This document shows, piece by piece, positions 13,335 to 26,225 of a stretch of DNA of 64,000 nucleotides. The DNA lies in NCBI RefSeq assembly GCF_006345805.1, contig NC_043005.1:58962001-59026000 (forward strand). Reading direction: 5' to 3'. The first letter of the stretch is position 1; each line of letters opens with the position of its first letter. The position numbers were made by a program, and so were the translations under genes. This stretch comes from Octopus sinensis (taxonomy: Eukaryota). The notes under the pieces are model-generated. The model saw only the letters and a list, made by a program, of their open reading frames with translations. It searched no databases and was not told where the DNA came from.

Positions 13335-13605
13335 CCTTTGGTCACATATGACCATGGGTTTGTACCTAGAAAGTTCCCCTCCTTGGCAAGGTTGTTTATG
13401 AAAGACCAGCAGTCACCCATGCATACCAGTCTCCCGTCTCCACACCACCGATGTTATCCAAGGGATAAGGCAGAGGCCGATTCAGCTTGGCACCAGTAAT
13501 ATCACAACTCATTTCTACATTGAGTGAAGTGGAGCAAAGTGAAATAAAATGTCTTGCTCAAGGACACAACACACAGCCCAGTCTGGGAATGAAACTCACA
13601 ATTCA
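13335..13605 (-). mobile_element. SINE sharing the family C core but with a different 3' body
   Basis: gtgaaataaaatgtcttgctcaaggacacaacac core as at 5910-5940; the left part is divergent. Confidence 0.6.
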
Positions 13606-13784
13606 TCTACGACAACAGCAATAATATTAACAACAACAAAACACCACAAACTAGATAATGAGGGAATCTCATTGAAGTTGGTCAGCCTGCTAGAAAAAGA
13701 TGCCAAAAATCTCATTGGAAACACAAAATGTTGTCATTAAAAGCTGACGATCATATTATTTAATATTAATCATAAATGTCTTAA

Positions 13785-13965
13785 CCCTTTCGTTACGAAT
13801 CCGGCTGAAACCACCTCTGGCTCTGTAGTACAAATGTTTTAGTCACAATTTACTTTCCTAACACTAGCTGAATGATGACTAAGTTATTTTACTAAATTCT
13901 TTGTTATATTTAAAGTTATTGAAAGAAACACAGAACATCTCAAAGTAAATGTGGTAATGAAAAGG
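13785..13965. mobile_element. piggyBac-type MITE
   Basis: TTAA|CCCTTTCG..GAAAAGG|TTAA; homologous, in inverse orientation, to 36721-36942. Confidence 0.8.
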
Positions 13966-14689
13966 TTAAAAACAAGGGATTGTCACAATTGGATTGCATT
14001 TGAGTACTGATCCAGTTTATACGGGTTGACATAGGACTATAACACTATAGTATTAAAAATAATTCTTTACAGCAGTCACTGTTATCATTGACAGTAAGGC
14101 AGTGATTTCAACATCAGTTATAATGCCTATTAGTGTTTCCACAGCCCTTTGTGCTTGGTCCTCAAATTCCTCAACAGTTGACTTTGGCTTTGGTATTTCC
14201 AGGATACAACAAATTACCAGTCAGATACTGGATTTATTCTTCTTTCTCTCCTTCTCTCTTTGTCTGTCTTTCACTCATTCTCTTTCTCTGTCTATCTGTC
14301 TATCTCTCTATCTATCTATGTAGCTATCTGTCTATCTGTCTGTCTCTATCTGTGAACTAAGAAAAAAACCACTTGATACAATGGAGAAGTGACACTTCTC
14401 ATGTGCTCTTTCGTATTCTCTATGTTATTACATGTTTGTGTGTGTGTGTGTGTGTCCCTTTGTCTGGACATTGCAAAGTAGTTGTAAATGAATGTCAGTG
14501 TCATACAAGCAGTGTCATCCACTTCTAGCATGGACATGGGGAAATATTTACCTTACTTGGAAACAAGTGAAGGTTGACAGTAGGAGAGACATCTAGCTGT
14601 AGAAAATCTACCTCAGTACACTCCACCTAATCCATGCAGGTTACATTATATTATATTATGTTATTTGTGTGTGTGTATATATATATATA

Positions 14690-14702
14690 TTTATAGATAG
14701 AT

Positions 14703-14734
<32 letters not shown>

Positions 14735-14761
14735 TAGATAGATATAGATAGATAGATATAG

Positions 14762-14800
<39 letters not shown>

Positions 14801-14858
14801 TAGATAGATAGATAGATAGATATAAATAGATAGATAGATATAAATAGATAGATAGAAG

Positions 14859-14892
<34 letters not shown>

Positions 14893-14893
14893 C

Positions 14894-14927
<34 letters not shown>

Positions 14928-14955
14928 CAGACAGACAAACAGACAGACAGACCAG

Positions 14956-15005
<50 letters not shown>

Positions 15006-15086
15006 TAGATAGATAGATATAAATAGATAGATAGAGATAGATAGATAGAGAGAGAGAGAGATAGATAGATAGATAGATAGATAGAC

Positions 15087-15141
<55 letters not shown>

Positions 15142-15154
15142 TAGATAGATAGAC

Positions 15155-15189
<35 letters not shown>

Positions 15190-15195
15190 GATACA
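14690..15195. repeat. Compound (ATAG)n/(AG)n/(ACAG)n microsatellite
   Basis: Directly visible; source of the spurious YLSI ORFs. Confidence 0.95.
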
Positions 15196-15205
15196 TATGC
15201 ATACA

Positions 15206-15416
15206 CAATGGGGTGCTGAAAAATTCCTGGATTTGGGTAAAAGAAAAGGGTTAGTAAATTATGATCATATTCAACAATTTCTTCTCTCAGATTCACACAC
15301 TTATAGCAGCGGTCCTTCAGTTTTCATAAGCCCTGTAAAAGAACTTGAATGGTTGGGCCTCCTTTCAAGGCCTTTTGCAGTACCCAAAAGCCAGGAACTT
15401 GTTAGCACTTCCTTGT
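15206..15416. mobile_element. Mariner-derived MITE
   Basis: TIRs gggtgctgaaaaattcctgg / ccaggaacttgttagcactt; second copy at 31440-31808. Confidence 0.75.
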
Positions 15417-15599
15417 CCATATACAATATATATATATATATGGTTAATGAGATAGATGGAAGATAGAAGATACGAGAATGTTTACTGATCACCACAATTG
15501 TTTTGAGCCACCTAGCATCGATCCCTCATGGGGTGAGATAATTAACAACTGATGACACCTGCGTAATCTGGACAGCATTTTAAAATTTCCTTATTCTCT

Positions 15600-15632
15600 T
15601 TAACCCAGGGAACACCAGGGATTTCTGCTAGT
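15600..15632 (+). mobile_element. Helitron-like 3' terminus
   Basis: cccagggaacaccagggatttctgCTAGt parallels the 3' end at 7872-7900. Confidence 0.5.
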
Positions 15633-15633
15633 A

Positions 15634-15704
<71 letters not shown>

Positions 15705-15716
15705 ATATATTATATA

Positions 15717-15753
<37 letters not shown>

Positions 15754-15792
15754 ATATATATATATATATACACAAATATATATATATATATA

Positions 15793-15864
<72 letters not shown>

Positions 15865-15871
15865 ATAATAT

Positions 15872-15903
<32 letters not shown>

Positions 15904-16034
15904 GGGAGAGAGAGAGAGAAAGAGATACACACAAAACACATCGATATAACATATATACATACATCTGCACACTATCAGTTACTTTATTCCTAACTATGTT
16001 ACATTCTCACAATGTTTTCTGGATTATCTTGTAG

Positions 16035-16174
16035 GTTTTAACTGTCCATGGCTGGTGTGAAGAACCAGCTGTTCAACTTGACAATGATAAAAAGCTTTAT
16101 TTGAAACCAACATGCATTGGTACCAAATCTGAAGCTCTATATTCGTTTAAGAATGTAACCAGCAAAGTCCTCTG
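16035..16174 (+). CDS. CFAP65: CFAP65/CCDC108 internal coding exon (phase 0 start, phase 2 end): VLTVHGWCEEPAVQLDNDKKLYLKPTCIGTKSEALYSFKNVTSKVL(C)
   Basis: Acceptor ttgtAG at 16034 and donor GTAAGT at 16175; 140 nt open frame. Resembles human CFAP65 ..SREEPLQLKLDTHKSLYFKPTWVGCSSTSPFTFRNPSRLPLQ (recalled from memory, not BLASTed). Confidence 0.9.
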
Positions 16175-16363
16175 GTAAGTTAACTATTTACAAACAATCC
16201 TTCAGTTATCATCATCATCATCATCCTTATCATCAAAGTCTCCTTTGACCTCAAGTGGCCTGAACTCTTTACATGAACACCACCCTGTGCATAACTTCAT
16301 GTCCCCCTACATGGCCTTGCTTTTTGCTTTTTGATCCAAAAAATTAACTAACTAACTAAAAAA

Positions 16364-16895
16364 TAAGCACCATCCGTTCATGTCCGTTGCCAGCCTCGCC
16401 TGGCCCCCGTGCTGGTGACACGTAAAAGCACCATCCGTTCATGGCCGTTTGCCAGCCCTGTCTGGCCCCCGTGTCGGTGGCATGTAAAAGCACCATCCGT
16501 TCGTGTCCGTTGCCAGCCTCGCCTGGCCCCCATAAAAGCACCATCCGTTTCGTGGCCGTTTGCCAGCCCTGTCTGGCCCCCGTGTTGGTGGCATGTAAAA
16601 GCACCATCCGTTCGTGTCCGTTGCCAGCCTCGCCTGGCCCCGTGCCGGTGACACGTAAAAGCACCATCCGTTCATGGCCGTTTGCCAGCTCTGTCTGGCA
16701 CCTGTGTGGGTGGCACGTAAAAAGCACCCACTACACTCACGGAGTGGTTGGCGTTAGGAAGGGCATCCAGCCGTAGAAACACTGCCAGATCTGACTGGGC
16801 CTGATGAAGCCTTCCAGCTTCACAGACCCCAGTTGAACCGTCCAACCCATGCTAGCATGGAGAACGGACGCTAAATGATGATGATGATGATGATG
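16364..16895 (+). mobile_element. (ATG)n-tailed non-autonomous retroelement with six ~60-bp tandem 5' monomers (ABABAB)
   Basis: Repeated aaaagcaccatccgttc units at 16364-16719, then ggcgttaggaagggcatccag, the palindrome CCATGCTAGCATGG and a (TGA)n tail. Confidence 0.85.
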
Positions 16896-16899
16896 TATA

Positions 16900-18260
16900 G
16901 GCCTTGCTATAAGGTTAACAGTAGTTGGTAATTTAAGTGGTAAAACTGTGGTTTAATATGTCCAGATAAGAAAAGAACTGGAGCAATAAGTGGGGGAAAT
17001 GACTAGTTGACCAGCGGTGTTAGTCGAAGGAGTTACACCTGGTAGTAATATCTGGTGTTGTTAATTGTAATATCTAATGCTGTTTGTGACTGCTAGATAA
17101 GTTCCTATGATTGCAAATAATGCCCTAAGGATTACAAATAATGTCCTAAGGATACTTTTAAAAAGTTAGTGTGATATCATGTATAAATTTGGGTTATGTA
17201 AAAGGTATAATAATAAATATATAAAAAAAAAACATGTTATGGGTGGCACAGGATATCTACTCGTTAATATAATTAAAAACCAATACAGTCAGCTAGGACA
17301 AGCTAAATCACTTGTTTAATTATGTTTATGTTAGTGGCCACCCTAGCAATTGCTATGTTAGTCAGCATTCTAACTTTAAAGTAAATATATTGTAGAGAAT
17401 TATATGTCCTGGTGTACATTGCAGAGTTAAGATAGATAATTCAGTTAATCAGGGTAATTTAATATAATTGTGATCATCATCATCATCATCATCATCATTT
17501 AGCGTCCGTTTTCCATGCTAGCATGGGTTGGACGGTTCTACTGGGGTCTGTGAAGCCAGAAGGCTTCATCAGGCCCAGTCAAATCTGGCAGTGTTTCTAC
17601 GGCTGGATGCCCTTGTGATGTTAAATTATGCTCTGTGGTAAGGGTTAGGGTTAGGGGAGGTAATCAGATGTTAGGCAGGTCAGCTAATAACCTGTAATGT
17701 AGGTATTAGTGGTATTTACAGAATAAGAATTTATCTTTATGTAAACATGTTGGATTTTTCTTGTCTCGTTTATTAAGTAATTCTGATTTGCCCATTAAAA
17801 TGAAGTATTTCTCATTTATGCATAAATTACAGCAATTATTTTAAAGGTTATATGGAGATATTTTGGCCTTGATATGCCATTATAATCTATAATTAATGTT
17901 ATTGTCTTTCAGTTCCCAGATGTAATTACACAATCCGGTAGAGTTAGCCTTCTATTTCTGAAACTTGAGCGATGGGAATTGTATCGAAGTTTCATTTCAT
18001 TTTTAGTTGCTCCTATATAGGTTTTCTTGTAATTATTGGGGAATACATCACATTGGTAGATTACATTTTTAGTTCCACATTTATTCAAGAAATGCACCAG
18101 TATTTTTATCTCTGCAACCACATAAATTAGTAAGATTAACTGTGTCTATGATATGGTGGGGTATTATCATTTATAAGGAGGTTGTCTGAAATTTTAGAGG
18201 GCGAGTTATTTGGGGGATCACTTATTATATCAATCGATTGGTTGTTGTGCTTTTTATTTT
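16900..18260 (-). mobile_element. Penelope-like element: GIY-YIG endonuclease relic (17715-18250) and probable 3' UTR
   Basis: NKCGTKNVIYQCDVFPNNYKKTYIGATKNEMKLRYNSHRSSFRN..YIWELKDNNINY..CNLCINEKYFIL..LLNKR. Assignment of 16900-17700 as UTR is inferred; it is interrupted by an ATG-tailed fragment at 17477-17613. Confidence 0.8.
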
Positions 18261-18574
18261 TATTCTTCCTAGTTTCATAGAAGGCATCTATGCCCTAGCA
18301 TGGCTACATTTCAATGCCTGAAACAAATTAAAGATAAAAGAGAATATATGGTACTACATTATCCATTATGCCCTTTTTTTTCCTGTTTGGTAGGGGAATA
18401 ATTTTAGAGAGTTTTCAGCAGGTTCAATGATGCAAAAGGGTCACTTGTTGGTTAGCTTTCGTTTAATAGATGTACATTTTGTACTCACTCTTTATTTTAA
18501 AGAAAGCATTGCTTAATTTGTGCTGTGCATTGGTAGAATCATTAGAGTAATTGATTTCAAACAGTGCACTGTAG

Positions 18575-19625
18575 TGCATAGCAGTGCACTTGTGTGCTAC
18601 AAGGGATATCGAAGTGCATTGCAGATTTTAAAAATAATATTTTAATGCTTTGGAAACATCCACACTAATGTTAGATGACTTTAGAAGGGATATGATGAAT
18701 AATACAAGCCAAGCAATACTTTTTTATTATTTTTTTCTATATTCGTAGCTCCAGAGCAGTTGTAAGTTCCTTTTACAGTTCTGCATGATGTGCACCAGAA
18801 TGTTTTTTTATATTTTTTTCATTCTGTATCAAAAAGGGATCAAGTGTAGCTGCATTACTTAAATGAACAAAATGCCACAGGATCTGGCTATGGTTTTATG
18901 GGTACAACATTTGTCAGTGTCAAAATTTGCCATAGCACTGCACTTGTGTGCTACAAAGAATATCTAAGTGCATTGCAGATTTTAAAAATATATTTTAAAG
19001 CTTTGGAAACATCTACACTAATGTTTGATGACCTTAGAAGGGGTATGATAAATAATATAAGCCAAGCAATAGTTTTGCATATTTATTCTATATTTTTAAC
19101 TTCAGTGCAGTTGCATGTTTCTTTTACAATTCTGATTGATGTGCACCAGAATGTTTTTAATTCTTTTTTATTCTGTATCAGAAAAAGGTCAAGTGCTACG
19201 ACATTACTTAAATGAACAAAATGCCACAGGATCTAGTTATGGTTTTATGGATACAATATTTGTCATTGTCAAAATTTACCATAGCAATGCGCTTGTGTGC
19301 TACAAAGAACATCTAAATGCATTTCAAATTTTACAAATATATTTTAAGGCTTGGAAAAAAACCACATTAACGTTTGATGACCTTAGATGAATAATACAAC
19401 CGAGCAATAGTTTTGTATATTTTTTCTATATCTTTAACTTCAGAGCAGTTGCACGTTTCTTTTACAGTTCTGCGTGATGTGCGCCAATATGTTTTTTAAG
19501 TTTTTTTTTTTTTAATTCTGTGTCAAAAAAGATGAAGTGCAACATTACTTAAATGAACAAAATGCCATAGGATCTGGTCATGGTTCCATGAGTACGAATG
19601 CTGTAGGTGTCAAAATTTGCCAGTC
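18575..19625. repeat. Tandem triplication of a ~350-bp non-microsatellite unit
   Basis: catagc.gtgcacttgtgtgctacaa recurs near 18578, 18931 and 19280; units are roughly 80-85% identical by eye. Confidence 0.9.
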
Positions 19626-19978
19626 ATTATTCAGGCTTGACATGCAAAAGAAAAAAGATCTGGTTGGTTGAACAATTTAATATGTTCATAATGCATTGTA
19701 GTTGTGAATAGAATTATGACAGAAGATAAATTGTTACCACCTGCTTTTCACAAGATTATAACGTTTCTTCACTGTCTCCTTATATCTAAGTATCTATGTC
19801 TGTCTGTCCTTCTATCTATCGCTCACTGTCTCTCACTCTTTCACACACACACACACACACACTCGAGTATGATTAGATGTGATTGCTGCACGGCAATTAA
19901 ATAACATAGGTTTCAACTTTAACATTAATTATATTAAAATCCTATCATCATTTATGCATACAGATTGTCTACACACAC

Positions 19979-20016
<38 letters not shown>

Positions 20017-20070
20017 TTTACATATATATATATATATTTCAGAAATATTAAATTTATATATATATATATA

Positions 20071-21477
20071 CAGTCATGTCATGGCCAGAATGGATGGCTC
20101 GCTACATGTTTTAACTTAATAAGTAAGAGATAAGTGTATCTCTGACGAAAATACTATTTAATCAGTAAGAAATTAAGATCTTTCCAAAATTTTAATTTAA
20201 TATTATGAGAAATGAACATCAAAAGGTCCTTACAGAATGAGTATTTTGTATGTGGTCCTTTGCTGTGAATCATGGTGTCAATTTTCTTGGGCAATGATAA
20301 GCACAAATTTTTCACACAAATCAGGAGTTATCTCCATAGTCCAGACTTCTTTGATGTCATTTTGCAACTCTGATAATGATGTTGGATTATGAGTGGCTAC
20401 TTTCTGTTTCAGCAATAACCCAACAATGCTCTATTAGGTTCAGATCCGGGAGTTTCCTGGCCATGGACCCAAGATCTCGTACTCAGAATTGTTTAGCTAC
20501 AGCTTTACAGCTCTTGTCTGGAGGCATGGCACCCCGTCATACTGGAAGTGCATACACTGCTTGATCTCATTAATGGTGGGACTTTTGCTTGCAGAATTTC
20601 AAGGTAATTAGTTCCCTTGATAGTTGCACCTTCATGTATAAACCACAGTTTGTGTCTTACACCAGTACAAATAGCTCCCCACACCATAACATTTGGAGCA
20701 TTTTTAACACTTGGGATAATGTAGTGAAGATTATCCCTTTGCTCGGGAGGACGTCTCACATGTCTGTAAAATGCATGAAACTGTGACACCTGCATTTCAT
20801 CTGTTTCCATTGTTCAACTGACCAATTTTTATACTTTTGGCAAAATGCCAAACGATCAGCAATGTTTTCTGAGGTTAACCTTGGTTTATTTGAAGGTTTG
20901 TACGACTTAAAGCCAGCATCAAATTATCTTCTATGAATTGTCCTTTGGCTAGGAACGTCATCTTCTTGTGGTAGACCAGCTTGAATGGTTTGGAAGACTT
21001 TCTGGGTGCCTTTTTCGTGGCTAGAATAATAGCATCATCACTTTGTTTGGTGGCGGTTTTGGGGTGACCCATAGGCGTGTCAAATCCATATTTTCCAGTA
21101 GATTTTGAGTTGCTTATTAACTTTGAAAAAGTTCTCTGTGCCAATTTTAATCTTTCAACAATTTGTTGAGTGCTGTACAGAATTTTTTATTTAAGTATGA
21201 ATTTCCAGTGAAATTCTTCAACCAGGCATTCTTTACAATGGCAAGAAAATGATTAACAAGAATGAGTTGTCATTAGATATTTTATTGACATCTTATCAGA
21301 GATAGGATCAGTCAGTCAGAGCACATCAACCAATCGGGGCTCAGTAATCAAGCAGAAAACGCGTTAACACTGAGTGATAAGAAAACTTATTTGAATGATC
21401 AATTAGTAATTAAAAATAGCATCATTGGGATGAATTCTTGTTATAAATCAGTGAGTCATCCATTCTGGCCATGACTG
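20071..21477 (-). mobile_element. Near full-length decayed Tc1-like transposon
   Basis: TIRs CAGTCATGGCCAGAATGGATG at both ends (left with a 5-bp duplication) and TA flanks. Transposase remnants SVKNAPNVMVWGAI..NYLEIL..QHDGVPC..PDLNLIEHCW. Confidence 0.85.
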
Positions 21478-21481
21478 TATA

Positions 21482-21524
<43 letters not shown>

Positions 21525-21525
21525 T

Positions 21526-21577
<52 letters not shown>

Positions 21578-21588
21578 TCTATGTATAT

Positions 21589-21900
21589 ATCTATTATATA
21601 AAATCCATTCTGTGTCTGTGTGTATGTCTTCTAGGATCTCAGGCATCCTCCATCCGATTGTGCTCAAATTTGATATGTAGATACCGACGGTATCAGGATG
21701 TGTATAAGTCTTGAAAAAATTACAAAAATCGATTCCAGGTGAGAATGCGATCGATAAAGCCGTGGGAACGTGCATTTGTACACGCAAGTACATCAGCTGT
21801 TGAGATCGATACTACGCGTACGCGAGAAAAATGCACGTGCAGTTTGCACAAAAAAAGCCAGCAGGCTTGAAGTAATAAAATTAGTTACTTAGTTCCCTAG
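21589..21900 (+). mobile_element. Probable non-autonomous Helitron (5' part)
   Basis: A^TCTATTATATAAAA..tgtgtctgtgtgt start with a CpG-rich body; 3' end not canonical. Confidence 0.5.
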
Positions 21901-22296
21901 GTTGTTGCTTTTCATCAAAAACGCACCCTGAGTTGATTTCCTACATGTTTTATCAGATAGACTTATTATTGTCCCAGGTACGTTCTCATAAATTCATCAT
22001 GCTTTTCCATCTAGATTTACCTCCCGCTAACCCATTTGCATGCATCATTTTTGTCCTGCTTTTCTTCTGTCAACCTGTACATAACTGCACCTTCCATTTT
22101 TTGTTGTTTTTGTACTGCTTAAAGGTACATTGTTTTCCTGCCAAGCTTACTGTTTAAACCATGTTTGTGTTCTCCCAGTCAACAACCTCACCATTACTGG
22201 TACTTTAAACTCTTTGGTTGCATTGTTTTTCTTTGGAATAGAAAAAAAGTCTATCTTTATTTCTTCTTTTGCTGGTGTCTCAAATTTAGGTTAAAT

Positions 22297-22355
22297 CAGT
22301 GTTTCTCAAAGGGGAGGCCTATGGGACGGTCGGACAAGTTGTTTTGAGAAATTTG
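22297..22355. mobile_element. 59-bp hAT-type micro-MITE with perfect 8-bp TSD
   Basis: GGTTAAAT|CAGTGTTTCTCAAA..TTTGAGAAATTTG|GGTTAAAT. Confidence 0.75.
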
Positions 22356-22999
22356 GGTTAAATGTTTGACAACTCAGCACCATCCATTGGATGGTTGTGG
22401 TGGTGGTGGTGGGCGTTTTGCTCGTTTATTTATATGTATACATCTTTGTGAATGAGTCCCCTACTGCCACTTGACAATTGGTGCATTGGTTTGTTTATGT
22501 CTCCATAACTTAGTGGTTTGGCAACAAAAAGCTGGTAGAATAAATACTAGGGTTAGCGAAAAACTAAGCACTGGGGTTGATTTTTATTAGTAAAACTTTC
22601 AGGGCACTTCCCCTACACACACGCACTCACACATGCAGCCTCATTTGTACAGTTTCCATCAACAACATATATCGACAAAGCCCCCCCCCCCAAAAAAAAA
22701 TTTTAATAAAAGTAAAAATAAAATAAACGATTGTTTCATTACCATACAGAATTGCAGACATGTTTGTCTATCAAGAATATGGTAATAATTTCGTAATAGC
22801 GATATGTACGACCGCACAGATGTGGAAATAAATTTGGTCAGCTTCATCGAGAATTGTATTATTGCTTGCTGCTGTGTTTCTTGAAGAGTAGAAATCACAT
22901 GTTCTTTTGAATGCAAAAATATGTATATTATGTGATTTAGGTATTTAGATGCCAAAAAATGAGAGGAGTTCAAGAAAGAAGGACAATGAACAAAGAGGA

Positions 23000-23140
23000 A
23001 AAACTGTATGTGTGTGTTGTGGTGTGTGCATGTGTGTGTGTGTGTGTCTATGTTTTTATGTATATATTTATATATATTTATGAGCATGAATCTATCATTC
23101 TATCTATCTATCTATCTATATATATATATATGTATGTATG

Positions 23141-23177
<37 letters not shown>

Positions 23178-23193
23178 GTATATGTATATATAC

Positions 23194-23229
<36 letters not shown>

Positions 23230-23238
23230 GTGTGTAGT

Positions 23239-23269
<31 letters not shown>

Positions 23270-23808
23270 GTATGTATATATACATATATATTTTTTTTTA
23301 AATACATGCACACACACAACACAAATAAACTCATATATTCTTTAGCAAGAAATAGAGATACTTAAGCATGTATAGAACACACACGTTCACGCACCCTTAC
23401 ACGTATATATCTATATACATACAAACATACACAGATATATATATATGAAAATACAAAAGATGAACAGCAGCGAATCTGTATGACCATATACACAATGGCA
23501 CTGCCATAATTTTGTCACAGTCAAATGTCAGTTAAAATTTTGCAGTGCCTCTCCGATGCACAACAGAATTTTCGCTTTGAAGTAGAAGCTGAAAGAAAAG
23601 TGTTTCCTGTTTGCAGATGGATATTTCTTCTTGGAGTTTTTCTGTTGATGGCTTTCGTGTGAATCAAAGTATTCTCGTTGAGTTTTAAGATAGTGATTAT
23701 AGCCCTCTCACGTTATATGGTGAACACCTACTTTCTATAGAAACATACCTGCCACTGCTCCCCAATCTAGGAATGTTGAAATTACCTATTGATTCATCAG
23801 CCATGAAG

Positions 23809-23862
<54 letters not shown>

Positions 23863-24018
23863 TATATGTATGTATGTATGCATGTATGTATGTATATATG
23901 CATGTATGTATGTATATACACATATATGCATATATACATTGAATATTATACATTTATACATATATACGCATATGTATACATATATATATTTATATATTCA
24001 TACCAATATGTGTTTATG

Positions 24019-24063
<45 letters not shown>

Positions 24064-24901
24064 AATATTTTTTTTTTTCCCTAGTTTCAGCTCAGAGCTG
24101 CGGCCATGCTGATGCACCGCTGTTGTATATATATATATACATACATATATATATACAGACATATATATATATACATACATACATATATACACTCACATAC
24201 GTACATATATATATATATATATATATATATCATACATATATATTATACATTGACGTGCATTATATATATGTATGCATGCGTGCGTGTGTGAATTTATACA
24301 AATTCATGTGTAAATGTATGTATATATCAGTGTGTGTGTATGTGTGGATATAGATTTACAGAAATGCTCTAGGGTAATTCTTATATGAATATAAAGTCAT
24401 GAACACACAAAATAACATTTAATTATACATGCACATTCTTTGACTGATACTCAGATAGGGACATACACACTAAGATGCATGCAAGCGTGTATGTTGGTAT
24501 GTGAGCATACATGTGTGTATGTCCAAATGAAAGTGCGTCTTTCTTTATATGTCTATACGTGATTACATTATTGTATTTATGTGTATGTCCATACATGCAT
24601 ACATGTGTGTGCCAGTGAGTGTTTTTGTGATTAAGTAGAATGTATGTACGTATAGCTACTTTTTTTTTTAATTGTATGCTACATACAGGTTTTAGGTTTG
24701 AGGCAAGAATATTCTGGAAGAAAAGACCATGATTATGGAAATACTTATGGTAATACCAATAGAATGCTTATATGATGATCAATTTCATATGTCCTTATTG
24801 CAAAGCTTGAGGGCAATATATGAAAATATGTGTGTATATGTATTATGTGAGTGTTGTGTATATATGTATATATACATATACGTTGCAATGTTATTATCAG
24901 T

Positions 24902-24963
<62 letters not shown>

Positions 24964-25198
24964 TGCATACATATATCTGTGTGTGTATGTGTGTGTATAT
25001 TAATGTATGTATATACACTTCTCCTTTTATCTCTGTATTATATTCACGTGCTCAAACACACACACACATCACACAAGAATGCTTGTGTATTTTTGTAGAG
25101 TGGCATGCTACATTCCCACCAGATGCAATAATTTGAAATATATTACCTATTTCATACAAAATGCTACAAAATGATTCTCTCTACTCAGCTGAACAATC

Positions 25199-25252
<54 letters not shown>

Positions 25253-25281
25253 TATATATATATATATATATATAACATATA

Positions 25282-25313
<32 letters not shown>

Positions 25314-25400
25314 CATATATATATATTACATATATATATGTATATCATATATTTATAAATATAGATGTATATATATACATGCATATATAAATATATATTA
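23000..25400. repeat. Cluster of (AT)n/(ATAC)n/(GT)n microsatellites
   Basis: Directly visible; produces many YIYI pseudo-ORFs. Confidence 0.9.
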
Positions 25401-26225
25401 TATATGTGTGTATGTATATGTATATATGTGTATTTGTATGTGCCCTGGAATTTCAGCATAGGAACACCATGACACTCTGTGTCATGCAACACTGTGCTGA
25501 AAAAGACCTGTGCAGTCCATGATAGCATGAAAATGGTTAAAAGTTTATAGTATAAGAATCAATGATACCATGATACTGTAGGAAGGACAATACACCAGAA
25601 ACTACATTAGAGCAACAAGTAAAATATTCAAAATTAGTTACAAATAACATATACACTTACTCTGCAATACTTACTGGATATACACCTCGTCTTTGAAGCG
25701 TAAAGGAAAATAATATAAATATAAACTAGACTGTAACAGACAATGCAATCTCCTACATGATCAATTCTTGCATACAATCCTTTTGCACTACAAAAAAATA
25801 TAACTTAATTATACCACTAACCTGCATGCTCAACAGAAGATATGCGTAGCTTTCATGCTGTAGATATCAGAATAAACTCATTTTCAAAGTTGCTATGAGC
25901 TGCTACCTGGATAAACATCCAGTGATGCAGTTGCAATGAAAGTAACAGTGGAGGTATCACCAAATACCAATGTTAATGCCAACAGAACAAAGAAAAAATA
26001 TAAAAAGGAAGCAACAAATAAACACAGTGTAAACAATGATAGTTTACACACAAAATTTAATATGACCCTCATGAAGCATCTTTTGTGACTAGAGATACAA
26101 TTTGTATAAAATAACAATTCGTGAAATATACTGTAAGACATCATTAGCAAAGTTAAGATATATATTCTTTTATTTGTTTCATTTTATTTCATTTGACTGT
26201 GGCCACACTGGAGCACTGCCTTAAG

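Noticed and set aside
14050-14230. Coding-like minus frame (PKPKSTVEEFEDQAQRAVETLIG..)
   Set aside because: No usable acceptor, no recognisable homology and no partner exons.
14651-15296. [16 protein letters not shown] ORFs here and throughout (e.g. 15673-16034, 35673-36186, 50939-51698)
   Set aside because: Translations of (ATAG)n, (AT)n and (GT)n microsatellites.
16364-16719. CRISPR-like regular repeats
   Set aside because: No unique spacers, eukaryotic TE context and no cas genes.
16795-16830. CTGATGA inside the ATG-tailed element
   Set aside because: Other copies read ctggtgcagcc, so it is a chance mutation, and there is no GAAA partner.
17641-17657. (TTAGGG)-like run beside the Penelope relic
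   Set aside because: Only about 2.5 units, which is expected by chance.
22720-22860. Minus-strand exon-like segment (aag acceptor, GTAATG donor, ILDEADQ in one frame)
   Set aside because: The DEAD-like frame has a stop, the open frame is unrecognisable, and the CpG content suggests a TE fragment.
23700-23805. Minus-strand CTGATGA..GAAA hammerhead-like spacing
   Set aside because: Stem II is only 4 bp and offset, with no valid stem III or cleavage triplet.
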